Shown piece after piece: positions 28,963 to 38,575 of a stretch of 64,000 bases of DNA. The stretch is from a virus (Duplodnaviria; Caudoviricetes): positions 32,001-96,000 of the IMG/VR virus record IMGVR_UViG_2772190672_000001; one strand, given 5' to 3'. The notes under the pieces are model-generated. The model saw only the letters and a list, made by a program, of their open reading frames with translations. It was not told where the DNA came from and did not search any database. Position 1 is the stretch's first letter. Each line of letters begins with the position of its first letter. Position numbers and translations under genes: made by a program.

Positions 28963-29850
28963 TCAGGCCGTGATGCCGTCGGCCAGGTACGAGCCACCGT
29001 CAGCCACACGCAGGGCGAATACCTCGGCCTTCGGGCCGCGCTCGGCGCGCAGGGCGCCGTGCCAGCGGTATCCGTCGAAGTCGGGCCGTCGGCCGCCTTC
29101 GTTCTGCCAGTGCAGCTGCCATCCGGGCCAACCCGGCTTGCTGGAGTCGCTCAGCCCGCCGGCGAACCCGAGCGAGCAGACGAGCAGCCGCAGCCCGACC
29201 ATGAACGCCTTGGAGTGCATGCGCACCTGGTTCCGCTCACGGTGCGGGGCGCCGTGGACGAGGCCCACGAGGAACGCGATCCGCAGCGTCTCGGGCATCG
29301 TCAGCGCCCAGGCCGGGAAGCGGCGTCCGGCCCCGTACTGGCCGAAGTGCTCGGCGAGCCAGTCGACCAGCTCGGGCCGCAGTGCCGCCGCGGCTGAGCC
29401 CTTGAGCCGGATCATGGCCCCGGCCGTGCGGAAGACGTCCACGGGGTCGGCGTCGGCGAGGGGGGCGGGCAGGTCGGGGATCGCCAGCGGATCCCCGAAG
29501 TGGAGGGGTGAGGCCAGCCGGTGTCGGTCGGTCAGGTCGCGGACCCTGGTCCAGCCCGCAGCTGACAGCTCACCGGCCGGGCCACCGTCCAGCAGGACGG
29601 GCGCGGTTCGCGCGTGGAACGGGTGGTCGGCCGTCGTGACGAGGCCGGTGGCGAGCGTGGCGCAGTGGACGCGGACAGTGTCGGCGATGGCGCTCATAGT
29701 CTCGGTGACCGGCTGCCACCGGCGCTCGTGGGTGAACACCTCATCCCCGGCGGTGACGGTTTCGATGGGGGTGAGGCCGCGCAGAGTCAGGATCATCGTT
29801 CCGGCGGCGAAGCCCTCGGGGGCGGGCTCCAGGGGGGTCTGGTTGCTCAT
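28963..29850 (-). CDS. Free-standing degenerate intein (Hint + LAGLIDADG-like remnant)
   Basis: GFAAGTMILT (block A, Cys to Gly), TADHPF (block B), AFLVGLVHG (block E-like), VFALRV..GSYLADG (block F/G without terminal HN). Confidence 0.7.
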   Translation of the reverse strand: MSNQTPLEPAPEGFAAGTMILTLRGLTPIETVTAGDEVFTHERRWQPVTETMSAIADTVRVHCATLATGLVTTADHPFHARTAPVLLDGGPAGELSAAGWTRVRDLTDRHRLASPLHFGDPLAIPDLPAPLADADPVDVFRTAGAMIRLKGSAAAALRPELVDWLAEHFGQYGAGRRFPAWALTMPETLRIAFLVGLVHGAPHRERNQVRMHSKAFMVGLRLLVCSLGFAGGLSDSSKPGWPGWQLHWQNEGGRRPDFDGYRWHGALRAERGPKAEVFALRVADGGSYLADGITA

Positions 29851-29878
29851 GTGGCGTCCTTGTCTCGTCGGGCGGGGG

Positions 29879-30982
29879 TCAGAGGGTGGGGAAGGTGATT
29901 CGGTAGACGTTGGCGGACCGCTCGTCCGGGATGTGCTCCCAGCCGGGTGCCGCCGCCAGGTCGGCCGGCTCGCTGCTGTCGATGGCGTGATGCAGGTAGG
30001 CGTCTGCGGCGCCGAGGGTCTCGGTGTCGAAGACGCCGCCGTCGTCGGCCGTGTCGAGCTCCGTGTCTCCGGCGTAGACCTGGACGATGTGGGGGCGGCC
30101 TTCGTGGATGTCGATCAGCGCCGAGGTCGCCGACGGGGCCAGCCGCCGCAGGGCGGCCGCGGCCGTCCAGCGGGCGATCTCCAGGGGTGCGGTCGGCTGG
30201 TGGTCGCGGGTGAGGCCGCACCAGCACCGCTCGTGCCAGTCGGAGTACCGGCCGCACACGCAGTTCCAGTGGGCGTAGCTCCAGCACCACTCCCAACCGC
30301 CGATGCTGTACCGGCCTTCGTCGTCGGGCTCGATGATGAGGGTGGACTGCTCGGCGCCCTCGTCCTCCATGTACGTCCAGGAGACCCGCAGGACGAACGC
30401 CAGCGGCTTGCCGTCGTGGTCCTTCGCGCCGCAGTCGATGACGTGCACGGTGTCGACGCCGTCGCCGTTGAACTCTTCGGCCAGCTGCTGGGTCTGGGCG
30501 GCCAGTTGGAGGGCGGCGTCCAGGGTGAAGCGGGGCGAGACGAAGCCGTTCCAGAGGTTGTGCGGGTCGACCTTGGCGTCGAGGGGGCCGAGGGTGTCGT
30601 CGATGCAGACCTTGGTGTCGACGGTGCGGAGGCGGGAGGCGATCCGGTAAATCTCGGCCTGCCGGTGCTCCCCCTCCCAGCTGTCGCCGTCGAAGTCGAG
30701 TTCGTCGGCCAGGGTCCGGGAGAGCTGCCGGTAGAGCGCTTTGCGGTGCGGGAGGCTGCCGTCCTCGCGGGCGGCCTGCCATGCCTTCATCCAGGCGTGC
30801 CTGTCGAAGCGGGCGGCGGGCGGCATGCCGGCGGCTGCTTGGAGGCAGACCCTGCGGTCGAGGTGGACGGTGGCGTTGGGGTCGCCGGTGGCCTGCATGG
30901 CGCGGGCCTGGGCGATCCGGGCCACGATGACGAGGGCTGCGGCCAGTTCGGTCTGGGTGACGTCTGGGGTCGTGCTGGTCAT
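29879..30982 (-). CDS. Hypothetical multidomain protein
   Basis: WNGFVSPRF...VDTVHV...PDDEGRYSIGGWEWCW; GAGAGG RBS. Confidence 0.75.
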   Translation of the reverse strand: MTSTTPDVTQTELAAALVIVARIAQARAMQATGDPNATVHLDRRVCLQAAAGMPPAARFDRHAWMKAWQAAREDGSLPHRKALYRQLSRTLADELDFDGDSWEGEHRQAEIYRIASRLRTVDTKVCIDDTLGPLDAKVDPHNLWNGFVSPRFTLDAALQLAAQTQQLAEEFNGDGVDTVHVIDCGAKDHDGKPLAFVLRVSWTYMEDEGAEQSTLIIEPDDEGRYSIGGWEWCWSYAHWNCVCGRYSDWHERCWCGLTRDHQPTAPLEIARWTAAAALRRLAPSATSALIDIHEGRPHIVQVYAGDTELDTADDGGVFDTETLGAADAYLHHAIDSSEPADLAAAPGWEHIPDERSANVYRITFPTL

Positions 30983-31049
30983 GACGGTGGTACCTCTCGT
31001 GGGGTGGATGGTGGGGGCTCCGCCGGGCGGGCGGGGCGCCGTGGGTGGT

Positions 31050-31346
31050 TCAGCCGGTGAAGAGGGCCAGCCACTCGTTCGCGCGGGCCGGGAGGCGCGT
31101 GTCCTTGCCCGCCCAGGCCATCTCGTCGTCGATCTGGCGGGCGAGCAGCTCGAACCGCTCGGGGGTGAAGTGCTCGCCCCGCTCCAGCGCCTGGGCCAGG
31201 GAGTGGGCCTTGATGGCGGCCGCCCGCATCGCTTCCTTCTCGCAGCCGAAGCCGAGGAGGTCGGCGCGGGCGCCGGCGACCGTGCCGTAGCCGGTCAGGG
31301 CCACGGCCGTTGCCTGGGCCTCGGTGGTGACGGTGATGGTGGCCAT
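31050..31346 (-). CDS. Small hypothetical protein
   Basis: GGGAG RBS; first gene after element H. Confidence 0.7.
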   Translation of the reverse strand: MATITVTTEAQATAVALTGYGTVAGARADLLGFGCEKEAMRAAAIKAHSLAQALERGEHFTPERFELLARQIDDEMAWAGKDTRLPARANEWLALFTG

Positions 31347-31388
31347 GCCGGGCTCCCTGGGTGATGGTGGGTGGTGACACCTTCTTCA

Positions 31389-31437
31389 TTGACCCCACCT
31401 GCCGGGATAACCTCGATATCCCGGTTGATTTGGTCAG
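31389..31437. repeat. 49-bp element core, copy H
   Basis: CCGGGATA-ACCTCGA-TATCCCGG; GATTTGGTCAG. Confidence 0.92.
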
Positions 31438-31461
31438 GGAATCGACAATGAAGCCGCTGGT

Positions 31462-32289
31462 TCAGGCCATCGCGAACAGGTCGAGCTGGAACGGCTGGCG
31501 CTGGTGCCAGCCGTGGGTGGGGAGGGTGCCGTCAGGGTCGGCATCCAGGCACAGGAGGACGGTCCTGACGTCCGCCCCGGACGGCTTGAACGCGTCGTCG
31601 GGCAGCGGGACGATCTCGCCCTCGTTGTCGGCGATCAGCTTGCGGAACTCCTGCGCGGGCCGGTCGAGGTGCCAGGTGATCGACTCGGGCATGACGGCCA
31701 CGAGGGTGCCACCGTCCTTCAGGAAGCCCAGGGCGTGCATGACGTGGGCGGTGGCGTTGCCGAAGGGCGGGTTCATCAGGATGCGGTCGTACGGCTCATC
31801 GATGGCGAGCGGGTCGAGGTCGAGGAAGTCGCCCTGGACGACCTGGCGGGCGATGCCGAGCTCCCGGAGGACGTGGGCTCGGCGGGGGTCGATCTCGACG
31901 CAGTCCACGATGCCCATCTCCTCGGCGGCCCGCTTGGCGAGCGAGCCGACACCGGCCGACGGTTCCAGCACCGTGTGGCCGACTCGGATCGAGGCGTGCT
32001 CCAGCATGTCAAACACCACGGCGGGCGGGGTCGGGTACCAGCCCTGTTCGAACTTCGACGGCCACTCGCCGGCCGCGAGGCAGTCGCGCATGAACTGCTC
32101 CACCGGGAAGGGGAAGACGTGGGCTCGAACCGCCTTGCGGCCGTCCCACCGGCCGCCAATGTCCTTGAGCATCTGGTTCATCCGGCCGTACAGAGCGCGG
32201 TCGAGCTCGAAGGGGACGGCTACGCGGTCGCCGCTGATGATCGTGCGGTAGTCGGTGAGGACGGTGAGGACGTCGGCCGGGATCTGCAT
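31462..32289 (-). CDS. N6-adenine-type (class I SAM) DNA methyltransferase
   Basis: WYPTP, VLEPSAGVG, ILMNPPF; C-terminal QLDLF. Confidence 0.85.
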   Translation of the reverse strand: MQIPADVLTVLTDYRTIISGDRVAVPFELDRALYGRMNQMLKDIGGRWDGRKAVRAHVFPFPVEQFMRDCLAAGEWPSKFEQGWYPTPPAVVFDMLEHASIRVGHTVLEPSAGVGSLAKRAAEEMGIVDCVEIDPRRAHVLRELGIARQVVQGDFLDLDPLAIDEPYDRILMNPPFGNATAHVMHALGFLKDGGTLVAVMPESITWHLDRPAQEFRKLIADNEGEIVPLPDDAFKPSGADVRTVLLCLDADPDGTLPTHGWHQRQPFQLDLFAMA

Positions 32290-32366
32290 CGGTGCTCCTT
32301 CGCGCGTGCGGGCAGAACTGGGGGCGCCCCGCCACTGAGGGCGGGGCGCTGAGGAGGTGGGGCGGG

Positions 32367-32762
32367 TCAGGCGGGGATGGCGGCTTCCTCGTCGCCCTGG
32401 ATGTCGAGCGCCGCGCACTGGAGGTCGTTGTCGGTGGCGAACTCGCCGTTGCGGATTCGGGCGAGCATGCCGGCCTGGCCCTCGGGGCCGAGCTGGGCGA
32501 TGTGATAGCCGCTGTCCCCAGAGAGGGCGCCGTGGTCGACCATGGCCTGGGCGCCGGCGGAGAGCTTGCGGAGCGCGAGCCGGTTGAGGACGCGGGCCCA
32601 GTGGACGCGGGTCATGGGGCCGATCTCCTCGGCTGTGTATCCGGCGTCGGCGAGGAGGCCGTAGATCCGGGCCTCGACCATGGGGGTGCCGTGGGCCTGG
32701 TCGATCTGGTTGGCGATCTGCTGGGCGATCTCGATGGGGATGACCTTGCTACTGGCGTCCAT
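32367..32762 (-). CDS. HTH protein resembling the ParB DNA-binding region
   Basis: TPMVEARIY..L...GYTAEEIG...V..RL.L..L; similar to the C-terminal half of the ParB at 20170. Confidence 0.6.
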   Translation of the reverse strand: MDASSKVIPIEIAQQIANQIDQAHGTPMVEARIYGLLADAGYTAEEIGPMTRVHWARVLNRLALRKLSAGAQAMVDHGALSGDSGYHIAQLGPEGQAGMLARIRNGEFATDNDLQCAALDIQGDEEAAIPA

Positions 32763-32810
32763 TACTGCCCCTTTCCGGGGGATTTGGCGTGTTGTGTCGC
32801 ATCCTCTTCA

Positions 32811-32859
32811 TTGACCCCGCCCGCCGGGTTAACCTCCGTAACCTGTTGAGTTTGGTCAA
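32811..32859. repeat. 49-bp element core, copy I
   Basis: TTGACCCC...GGGTTAAC-CTC...TTTGGTCAA. Confidence 0.9.
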
Positions 32860-32913
32860 GTAATCGCCAGCGGAACCTCCCGGCCGGTGGTCCGCTGCGC
32901 GGGCCCCGGCCCG

Positions 32914-33939
32914 CTATGCGGTGGTGGCCTCCGCCGCGAGTTGGGCGGCCATCTCGTTGCCGCTCATCCGGCCGGTGACCTTGTCGTAGGGCAGGGTGCT
33001 CGTCTTCTTGCCGAGCTGGTTGGCGCGGTTGTAGACCCGGGCCCTCCAGTCCACCGACTTCGGGACGGTCAGCGACTTCTTGTTGACCTGGAGGACCAGG
33101 TACCAGCGGCCGCCCAGCCCGACGTAGTCACCGGGCGTGAAGTCGTCCGGCCGCCAGACCTTCGCGCCATCGGCCTCGGCCCGCTCGATGTGGGCCTCCC
33201 ACGCGGCGATCTGCTCACACAGGTCGAGGTGGTCGGCGTCCAGCCGGGCGAGGTTGTCGGCGAGCGTCTCGGGGTCCACCGCCTGCCGTGTGCCGCCCAC
33301 CTGCACGGCGGCCTGGACAGTGGATTCCATCTGCCGCTCGATGCGCCCGAGGTCGGCCCGCAGCCGGTCCAGCCGGCGCAGCGTCGTGCCCACGTGCTTG
33401 CGGCCGTCCTCGAAGGTGGCCGCGGCGTCCGCCAGGTTCCGGCAGCGGTCCGCCTCCTGCTGCTCGGTCACGGACTGGCCGAACAGCTTCTGCGCCCGCT
33501 CCAGGTCACGGATGTGCCGTCCGGCCGAGTAGTGGTCGACCTTGACAGGCTCGCCCTGGTAGCTCGCGCCGATCCGGCGGCCCTCCGCCCACTTCTCATC
33601 CGAGGACTCCTGCAGGCGGTCGGCTCGGGCGCCGAGCCGTTCGGCCCGCTCCCCCGCCCGCCGGTACCGCTCGGACTCAGCGTCCTGGAAGGAGCGCCGT
33701 ACGGATTCGTCGATGGAGAGGGTGACCGCGTGTCCGTCGGCCTCCAGGACGGCCTGTGCGCCTCGGAGCCGGCGCATGTCGGCCGCCCGGTCCCGTGAGC
33801 CTCGCAGGTAGATGAATCCGACGCTGCGGGCGTAGCGGAAGCCCCACGGGTTCAGCAGTTCCAGGATGCCGTCGCCGGGCTCGGAGCCGTGGACGAGGGT
33901 GCCATCTGCCCGCGTGTGGGTGATCGTGATGTCTGCCAT
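32914..33939 (-). CDS. DUF3560-like protein
   Basis: ITITHTRADGTL; GEPVKVDHYSAGRH; paralog of 34849-37596. Confidence 0.7.
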   Translation of the reverse strand: MADITITHTRADGTLVHGSEPGDGILELLNPWGFRYARSVGFIYLRGSRDRAADMRRLRGAQAVLEADGHAVTLSIDESVRRSFQDAESERYRRAGERAERLGARADRLQESSDEKWAEGRRIGASYQGEPVKVDHYSAGRHIRDLERAQKLFGQSVTEQQEADRCRNLADAAATFEDGRKHVGTTLRRLDRLRADLGRIERQMESTVQAAVQVGGTRQAVDPETLADNLARLDADHLDLCEQIAAWEAHIERAEADGAKVWRPDDFTPGDYVGLGGRWYLVLQVNKKSLTVPKSVDWRARVYNRANQLGKKTSTLPYDKVTGRMSGNEMAAQLAAEATTA

Positions 33940-33957
33940 GCCGGTTTCCCTCCTGGT

Positions 33958-34428
33958 TCAGCGGGCGTCGGTGATGTCGGCGGGGTCGAGGCCGAGGAAT
34001 CTGGCCAGTTCGGCGACGGTGCCGAAGCTGCCGCTCAGGCGGTACAGCAGGTCGTCGCCGCCGCCGACGAAATCGATCCAGCTGGCGTGCATGTCGATGG
34101 CGATGTCGCCGCTGCGGACGGCCTTGCGCATCGCTTTCGCGAGGACGCGGTTGCCAAGGGTGCCGCCGGTGCTCGTGGGCACCTTGGCCTCCGGCGTGCG
34201 GTCGGGCAGGAGTGACTGGCCGGCGGTCGTGAGGCCGAGCGGCTGGCTCTGCGGTCCGGTGGCCTTCACCCAGCCCTCACGGAGCAGGACTTCGAGGGTG
34301 GTGGTTGCGAGAGGGCCGTCGGGGCTGTCGATTCGGGCGCCGTCGAGTCCGGTCGCCGTGAGGCGAACTCGGCCGCCCGCGATGAGGGCAAGGCCCCTCG
34401 TCTGGGCAGGGGTGGGTCGGGTGGCCAT
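33958..34428 (-). CDS. Hypothetical protein, wHTH-like N-terminus
   Basis: GAAGGAA RBS + ATG; T...L...GWV...LT.AG. Confidence 0.6.
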   Translation of the reverse strand: MATRPTPAQTRGLALIAGGRVRLTATGLDGARIDSPDGPLATTTLEVLLREGWVKATGPQSQPLGLTTAGQSLLPDRTPEAKVPTSTGGTLGNRVLAKAMRKAVRSGDIAIDMHASWIDFVGGGDDLLYRLSGSFGTVAELARFLGLDPADITDAR

Positions 34429-34444
34429 GCTGCGGTTCCTTCCG

Positions 34445-34732
34445 TCAGGCGGTGGCGGCGTGGGCGGCGTTGCGGGCGTCGGCCCATGCCCGGATGAGGG
34501 CGGTTCCGGCCTCGCCGGCGGCCTCGCCGGGGGTCTTGCCGTCGTGGAGTCCGGAGAGGTAGCGGCTGGCGAGGAACGCGGTGGCGCTGTCCCGGGTGAA
34601 GGTCTCCACCAGGCCGTCGAGGCTGAGGTGCGGGAACGACTCATGGAGGGAGAGGGCTGCGAATCCGGCGATCCGGCCGACGGCCTCGCCGATCTGGTCG
34701 GCGGTCAGGGGCTTGTGGGCGGGGGTGGCCAT
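34445..34732 (-). CDS. Small hypothetical protein
   Basis: CAGGAG RBS; first gene after element J. Confidence 0.7.
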   Translation of the reverse strand: MATPAHKPLTADQIGEAVGRIAGFAALSLHESFPHLSLDGLVETFTRDSATAFLASRYLSGLHDGKTPGEAAGEAGTALIRAWADARNAAHAATA

Positions 34733-34776
34733 GTCGGGCTCCTGGGGGTTTGTAGTGGTTGGCATCATCCTCTTCA

Positions 34777-34825
34777 TTGCCGATACCTTCCGGGGTAACC
34801 TCACTACCCTGATTGATTTGGTCAA
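34777..34825. repeat. 49-bp element core, copy J
   Basis: TTGCCG...GGGGTAAC-CTC-ACTACCC...GATTTGGTCAA. Confidence 0.9.
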
Positions 34826-34848
34826 GAAATCGTCAGGGAAACCGCAGG

Positions 34849-37596
34849 TCAGGCCACTGCGAACAGGTCCAACTGTTCCGGCGTCTGGTCGTCGGCCTCC
34901 AGCGGGGGCAGCTCCGCCATCGGCTTCTGCTTGAGGTCCGGCAGCACCGGCCGCGGCTGCGGGTTCTCGGCGTCCTCCCGCAGCTCGGCGACTACCGCGG
35001 CGTCCAGATCGTGCGTCTCGATCTCCTCGTCGCTCGGCACCCATCCGGCCGGCCGCCGCTGGAGCCGGAAGACGATGCCGTGCACCTTCGCCCAGGCCGC
35101 CCAGAGCCGGTCTTCCCGGTCCTCCCACTCCATCAGCCGCTTGTGGGCCTCCCGGAACTCTGCGCTCGCTGCCTTCCGGTCGGCCGCGTCCTTGGCGGCC
35201 TGTTCGGCGAGCCTGCGGGCCTGGACCCCATGGAGGAGCGGACGCAGCTTCTCGCATTCCTGCTCGCGGTTCTTCTCCACCGGGCGCGGCTTCCACCGCT
35301 TCCACACGGCCACCGCCCGGCGGCCGTCGACTGTCACCAGCACCGGCCGCTCACGGTTGGCGTCGGCCGCGCCGACGGTGACGAACCCGGCCTTCTGCAG
35401 GGCGCTCAGCCGGTGGACCGACATCAGGCGGCCAGCGGTGCCGGGGATGTCCCGGCAGTACAGCGAGCCGAACTGATGGAGGTAGAGCCGTCCGGCAGCC
35501 GCGGCGATGACGAATTCGGCCTGGCCGGTCGACCAGCCGAGCGCGGCGGCCTGCTCGCGCTGCAGACGCAGCTCCTTCGGGTCCTCGGTGGGCGGGGCGG
35601 GCTCGTCGATCGGCTGCTCGGGCTCGGGGGCCGGGGGCTCGTCGACCGGCTGCTCGGGCTCGTCGACTGGTGCGGCCACCTCGGCGGGCGGCTCGGGGGC
35701 CGGGGGTTCCTCGGCCGGGGGGTCGACCGGCGCGGCCTGGTCGGCCGAGGGCTGCTCGGGCGCGGCCTCGGTGGGTTCGGTGGGCTCGATGCCGTGGACG
35801 ATGCCGCTTCCCACGCTGCCGCTCCAGTTGCTGCCCCGGTACCGGAAGCCCTCCGCCACCAGGAGCCGCCAGACCTCCCGCTTCAGTGCCGCCGAGTAGA
35901 CCGCGTCCGTGAACTTCGTGCCCTCGGGCGCCGTGATGGTGACCGGCTGCCTCAGCTTGTGCGGCTGGCCCTTGCCGTCGAGGAACGTCAGCGTCGCCTC
36001 GGTGGCGTCCCACCCGCACTCGACCTTGACCTTCTTCGGGATCTTCGGGTCGCTGCGCTTCTTCGTCTTCGGCTTCGCGGCCTGCGCGGCGCGGACCTCG
36101 CTCGCCGGCTGCGCTAGGTGGGCCTTCTCCGCCGACTTCGTGCCGGGCACCTTGCCGTCCGCGAGGAAGGCCATCATCGCGGCCTCCGGACAGCGGGCCC
36201 GGATCTTCGTGTAGTCCATGCCGAAGGTCCAGGTGCTGCCGCCTTCGGTGGCGTCCTCCAGCGTCATCACCGCTTTCGGCGCCAGCCTCAAATTCCACGC
36301 GATGGACAGCGTCTTGGGGTTGGCCCGCTTGATCTGGTACCAGGTGCCGCTGTAGAGCGCGAAGTCGCCGGGGGCGAAGTCGTCGGCCTCCCACAGCTTC
36401 ACGCCGTTCTGGCGGGCCTCCTCGACCACCTTTTCCCAACCGGCGATCTCCTCGGTCAGGTCCTCGATCCGCCGCTCGTACCGGCCCGCGTCCCGGCCCG
36501 CGGCCAGCTGCTCGTCCCTCCAGCGCTCCTGCTGGCGCAGCTCCGCGTTCAGCTTCTCCAGCCGCCGGCGGGTGCGGTTCGGGTCGTAGCGGCGGGCCTC
36601 GTACTTCGCGGCGGCCTCCGCGCGGTCGCTGTGGTACTGGGCCTTGCCGTGTTCCTCGATCGAGGCCCGCATGTTGTTGTCGCTGCGCTCGATGGCGCGG
36701 CGATGGCGGCGCTCGCTGTGGTGGCCGACGAGGATCGGCTGGCCGGGCTCGATGCCGTCGAGCGCCCCGAGGGCCGCCTTGTGGCGGGCGTCGGAGCGGG
36801 CGGCCGCGCGGCCGGCGTAGTCGCTGTGCCGCTCGGCCCGATTCTCGGCCCGCTCCAGCCGCTCAGCCTCGGCCTCCTTGAAGCTGCGCCGCTGGGTCTC
36901 GTCGATGTCGACGGTCACCTCCCACCCGGCCTCGCGCAGGGCCTTGACCGCCCGGTTGATGCGCAAGCGGTCGGCTTCCCGGTCGCGGGAGTTGCGGATG
37001 TAGAGCGCGCCGAGGTTGCGGGAGGAGCGGAAGCCGATCGGGCGGACGATCTCCCAGACGCCGTCGTGCTTGCGGGAGCCCTCCAAGAGCGTGCCGTCCG
37101 CGCGGGTGTGGGTGATGGTGAGCGAGCCTTTGAAGGACGGCTCCTCAGTCGGGGGCTCCTCAGCCGGGGGCTCGTCGGCCGGGGGCTGCTCGCCCTCTTC
37201 CGGCTGCGCCGGGTCCTCGAGGACCGCCGTCTCACCGGCGGGCTCCTCCGGCTCGGGGGCGGTGGCGGGCTGGGCGGGCGGTTCCTCGCGGACCTTCTCG
37301 ACGGCCCCGTTGCTGATCGTGCAGTGCGGGCGGCCCTTGTCGCTGTACCGGACGCACACGGTGAACGACCAGCCGCCGTCTTCGAGCGCCCAGCGCTCGA
37401 TGTCGTCTGCGCGGGCCGCGACCGTCTCGTCCGCGTGCCCGGTGAGGGTGAGGACGTAGGTCCGGATGCGCTCGCCGGCGCCGTTGTAGTCGCCGTCGAT
37501 GCGGAAGTCCTTGCCCTTGCCCTGGGTGAGGCCGAGGCGCCGCAGGGCGCGGGCGATGGCGATGCTGGGCGTCTTGGCGGGTGGGGTGGTGGCCAT
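34849..37596 (-). CDS. Large multidomain DUF3560-like protein with Pro/Glu linkers
   Basis: GQPILVGHHSERRHRRAIER signature; GAAGGAGG RBS; C-terminal QLDLF. Confidence 0.8.
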   Translation of the reverse strand: MATTPPAKTPSIAIARALRRLGLTQGKGKDFRIDGDYNGAGERIRTYVLTLTGHADETVAARADDIERWALEDGGWSFTVCVRYSDKGRPHCTISNGAVEKVREEPPAQPATAPEPEEPAGETAVLEDPAQPEEGEQPPADEPPAEEPPTEEPSFKGSLTITHTRADGTLLEGSRKHDGVWEIVRPIGFRSSRNLGALYIRNSRDREADRLRINRAVKALREAGWEVTVDIDETQRRSFKEAEAERLERAENRAERHSDYAGRAAARSDARHKAALGALDGIEPGQPILVGHHSERRHRRAIERSDNNMRASIEEHGKAQYHSDRAEAAAKYEARRYDPNRTRRRLEKLNAELRQQERWRDEQLAAGRDAGRYERRIEDLTEEIAGWEKVVEEARQNGVKLWEADDFAPGDFALYSGTWYQIKRANPKTLSIAWNLRLAPKAVMTLEDATEGGSTWTFGMDYTKIRARCPEAAMMAFLADGKVPGTKSAEKAHLAQPASEVRAAQAAKPKTKKRSDPKIPKKVKVECGWDATEATLTFLDGKGQPHKLRQPVTITAPEGTKFTDAVYSAALKREVWRLLVAEGFRYRGSNWSGSVGSGIVHGIEPTEPTEAAPEQPSADQAAPVDPPAEEPPAPEPPAEVAAPVDEPEQPVDEPPAPEPEQPIDEPAPPTEDPKELRLQREQAAALGWSTGQAEFVIAAAAGRLYLHQFGSLYCRDIPGTAGRLMSVHRLSALQKAGFVTVGAADANRERPVLVTVDGRRAVAVWKRWKPRPVEKNREQECEKLRPLLHGVQARRLAEQAAKDAADRKAASAEFREAHKRLMEWEDREDRLWAAWAKVHGIVFRLQRRPAGWVPSDEEIETHDLDAAVVAELREDAENPQPRPVLPDLKQKPMAELPPLEADDQTPEQLDLFAVA

Positions 37597-37652
37597 GATT
37601 CCTCCTTCGGAGATGCGGGCGGCCCGGCCCCCGCGGGGGCCGGGCCGGGCGG

Positions 37653-37910
37653 TCAGTGGACGCGGGTGGCGGCCATCGCGGCGTCCACGATGAGGCCGGT
37701 CTGGGCCCAGCTGGCCTCGGCCTGGGCGAACTCGGAGCCGCCGTAGCCCTCGCGGCCGTCGATGTACGCCTTGCCGTGGCCCTTGGGGAGGCGGACGGTC
37801 CAGGTGTAACCGGCGTGGCTGACGGTGGTGGTCAGGCCGAGGTTGGTGCGCTTCCAGCTGGTGGCGCCGATGGCCAGGGTGAAGACCATGTCGGTGGTGG
37901 TGGTGTCCAT
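37653..37910 (-). CDS. Small hypothetical protein
   Basis: GGGAG RBS; first gene after element K. Confidence 0.7.
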   Translation of the reverse strand: MDTTTTDMVFTLAIGATSWKRTNLGLTTTVSHAGYTWTVRLPKGHGKAYIDGREGYGGSEFAQAEASWAQTGLIVDAAMAATRVH

Positions 37911-37951
37911 GTCCGGCTCCCTGGGGGTGGTGAGTGGTGACACCTTCTTCA

Positions 37952-38000
37952 TTGACCCCATCCATCGGGTTAACCTCGTTAGCCCGATGGATTTGGTCAA
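37952..38000. repeat. 49-bp element core, copy K
   Basis: ATCCATCGGGTTAAC-CTC-GTTAGCCCGATGGAT. Confidence 0.95.
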
Positions 38001-38022
38001 AAGGTCGGCAAGTATAGGCAGG

Positions 38023-38547
38023 TCAGCGGCCGTCGAGACTCGCCAGCTGGCGGACTAGCCCCCAGCCGTCGCGCCAGAAGGAACGGCGGGTGTTGTCGTA
38101 CGCCTCCTGCCACTCGGGCGGGACCCGGCCGTCACCTCGGGTGTACGTGCCGGTGAGGCCGTCGTACCGGCCCAACAGCTCGGTGGCGTCGTCAGCGAGT
38201 TCATCGAGGCCGCGCCGCCGTTCATGCTCGGGACGCAGATCGACGTGCCCGAGCTCGTGCTGCCCCTGAGGCAGACCCTCGTACGACTCGTCGGCGACCA
38301 CGTAGCAGTCGGGCGTCTCCTCGCCTGCCATGTGCCAGGCGAGCGCTGCCGCCCACGCCTTCTCCGTCGAGCAGGCGTCGAGCACGTACCGGGTGGCGCT
38401 GCCGCTGCGGCCGCTGCAGTCGTGCCGCTCGGGGCCTCGGACGGTCACGGTGAACGGCCGCTCCGCCTGCCGGTAGTCGTCGGGCAGATTGCCGTACAGG
38501 GGCTCGCCGCCGTAGCGCTCGGGCGTCTCCAGGTACTTCCCGGTCAT
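38023..38547 (-). CDS. Hypothetical protein
   Basis: GAAGGA RBS + ATG at 38547. Confidence 0.65.
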   Translation of the reverse strand: MTGKYLETPERYGGEPLYGNLPDDYRQAERPFTVTVRGPERHDCSGRSGSATRYVLDACSTEKAWAAALAWHMAGEETPDCYVVADESYEGLPQGQHELGHVDLRPEHERRRGLDELADDATELLGRYDGLTGTYTRGDGRVPPEWQEAYDNTRRSFWRDGWGLVRQLASLDGR

Positions 38548-38575
38548 CGGGGTCCTTCCTTCGCCGGTGTAGGGG

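Noticed and set aside
26051-32289. Complete restriction-modification system
   Set aside because: No recognisable restriction endonuclease or specificity subunit next to either methyltransferase.
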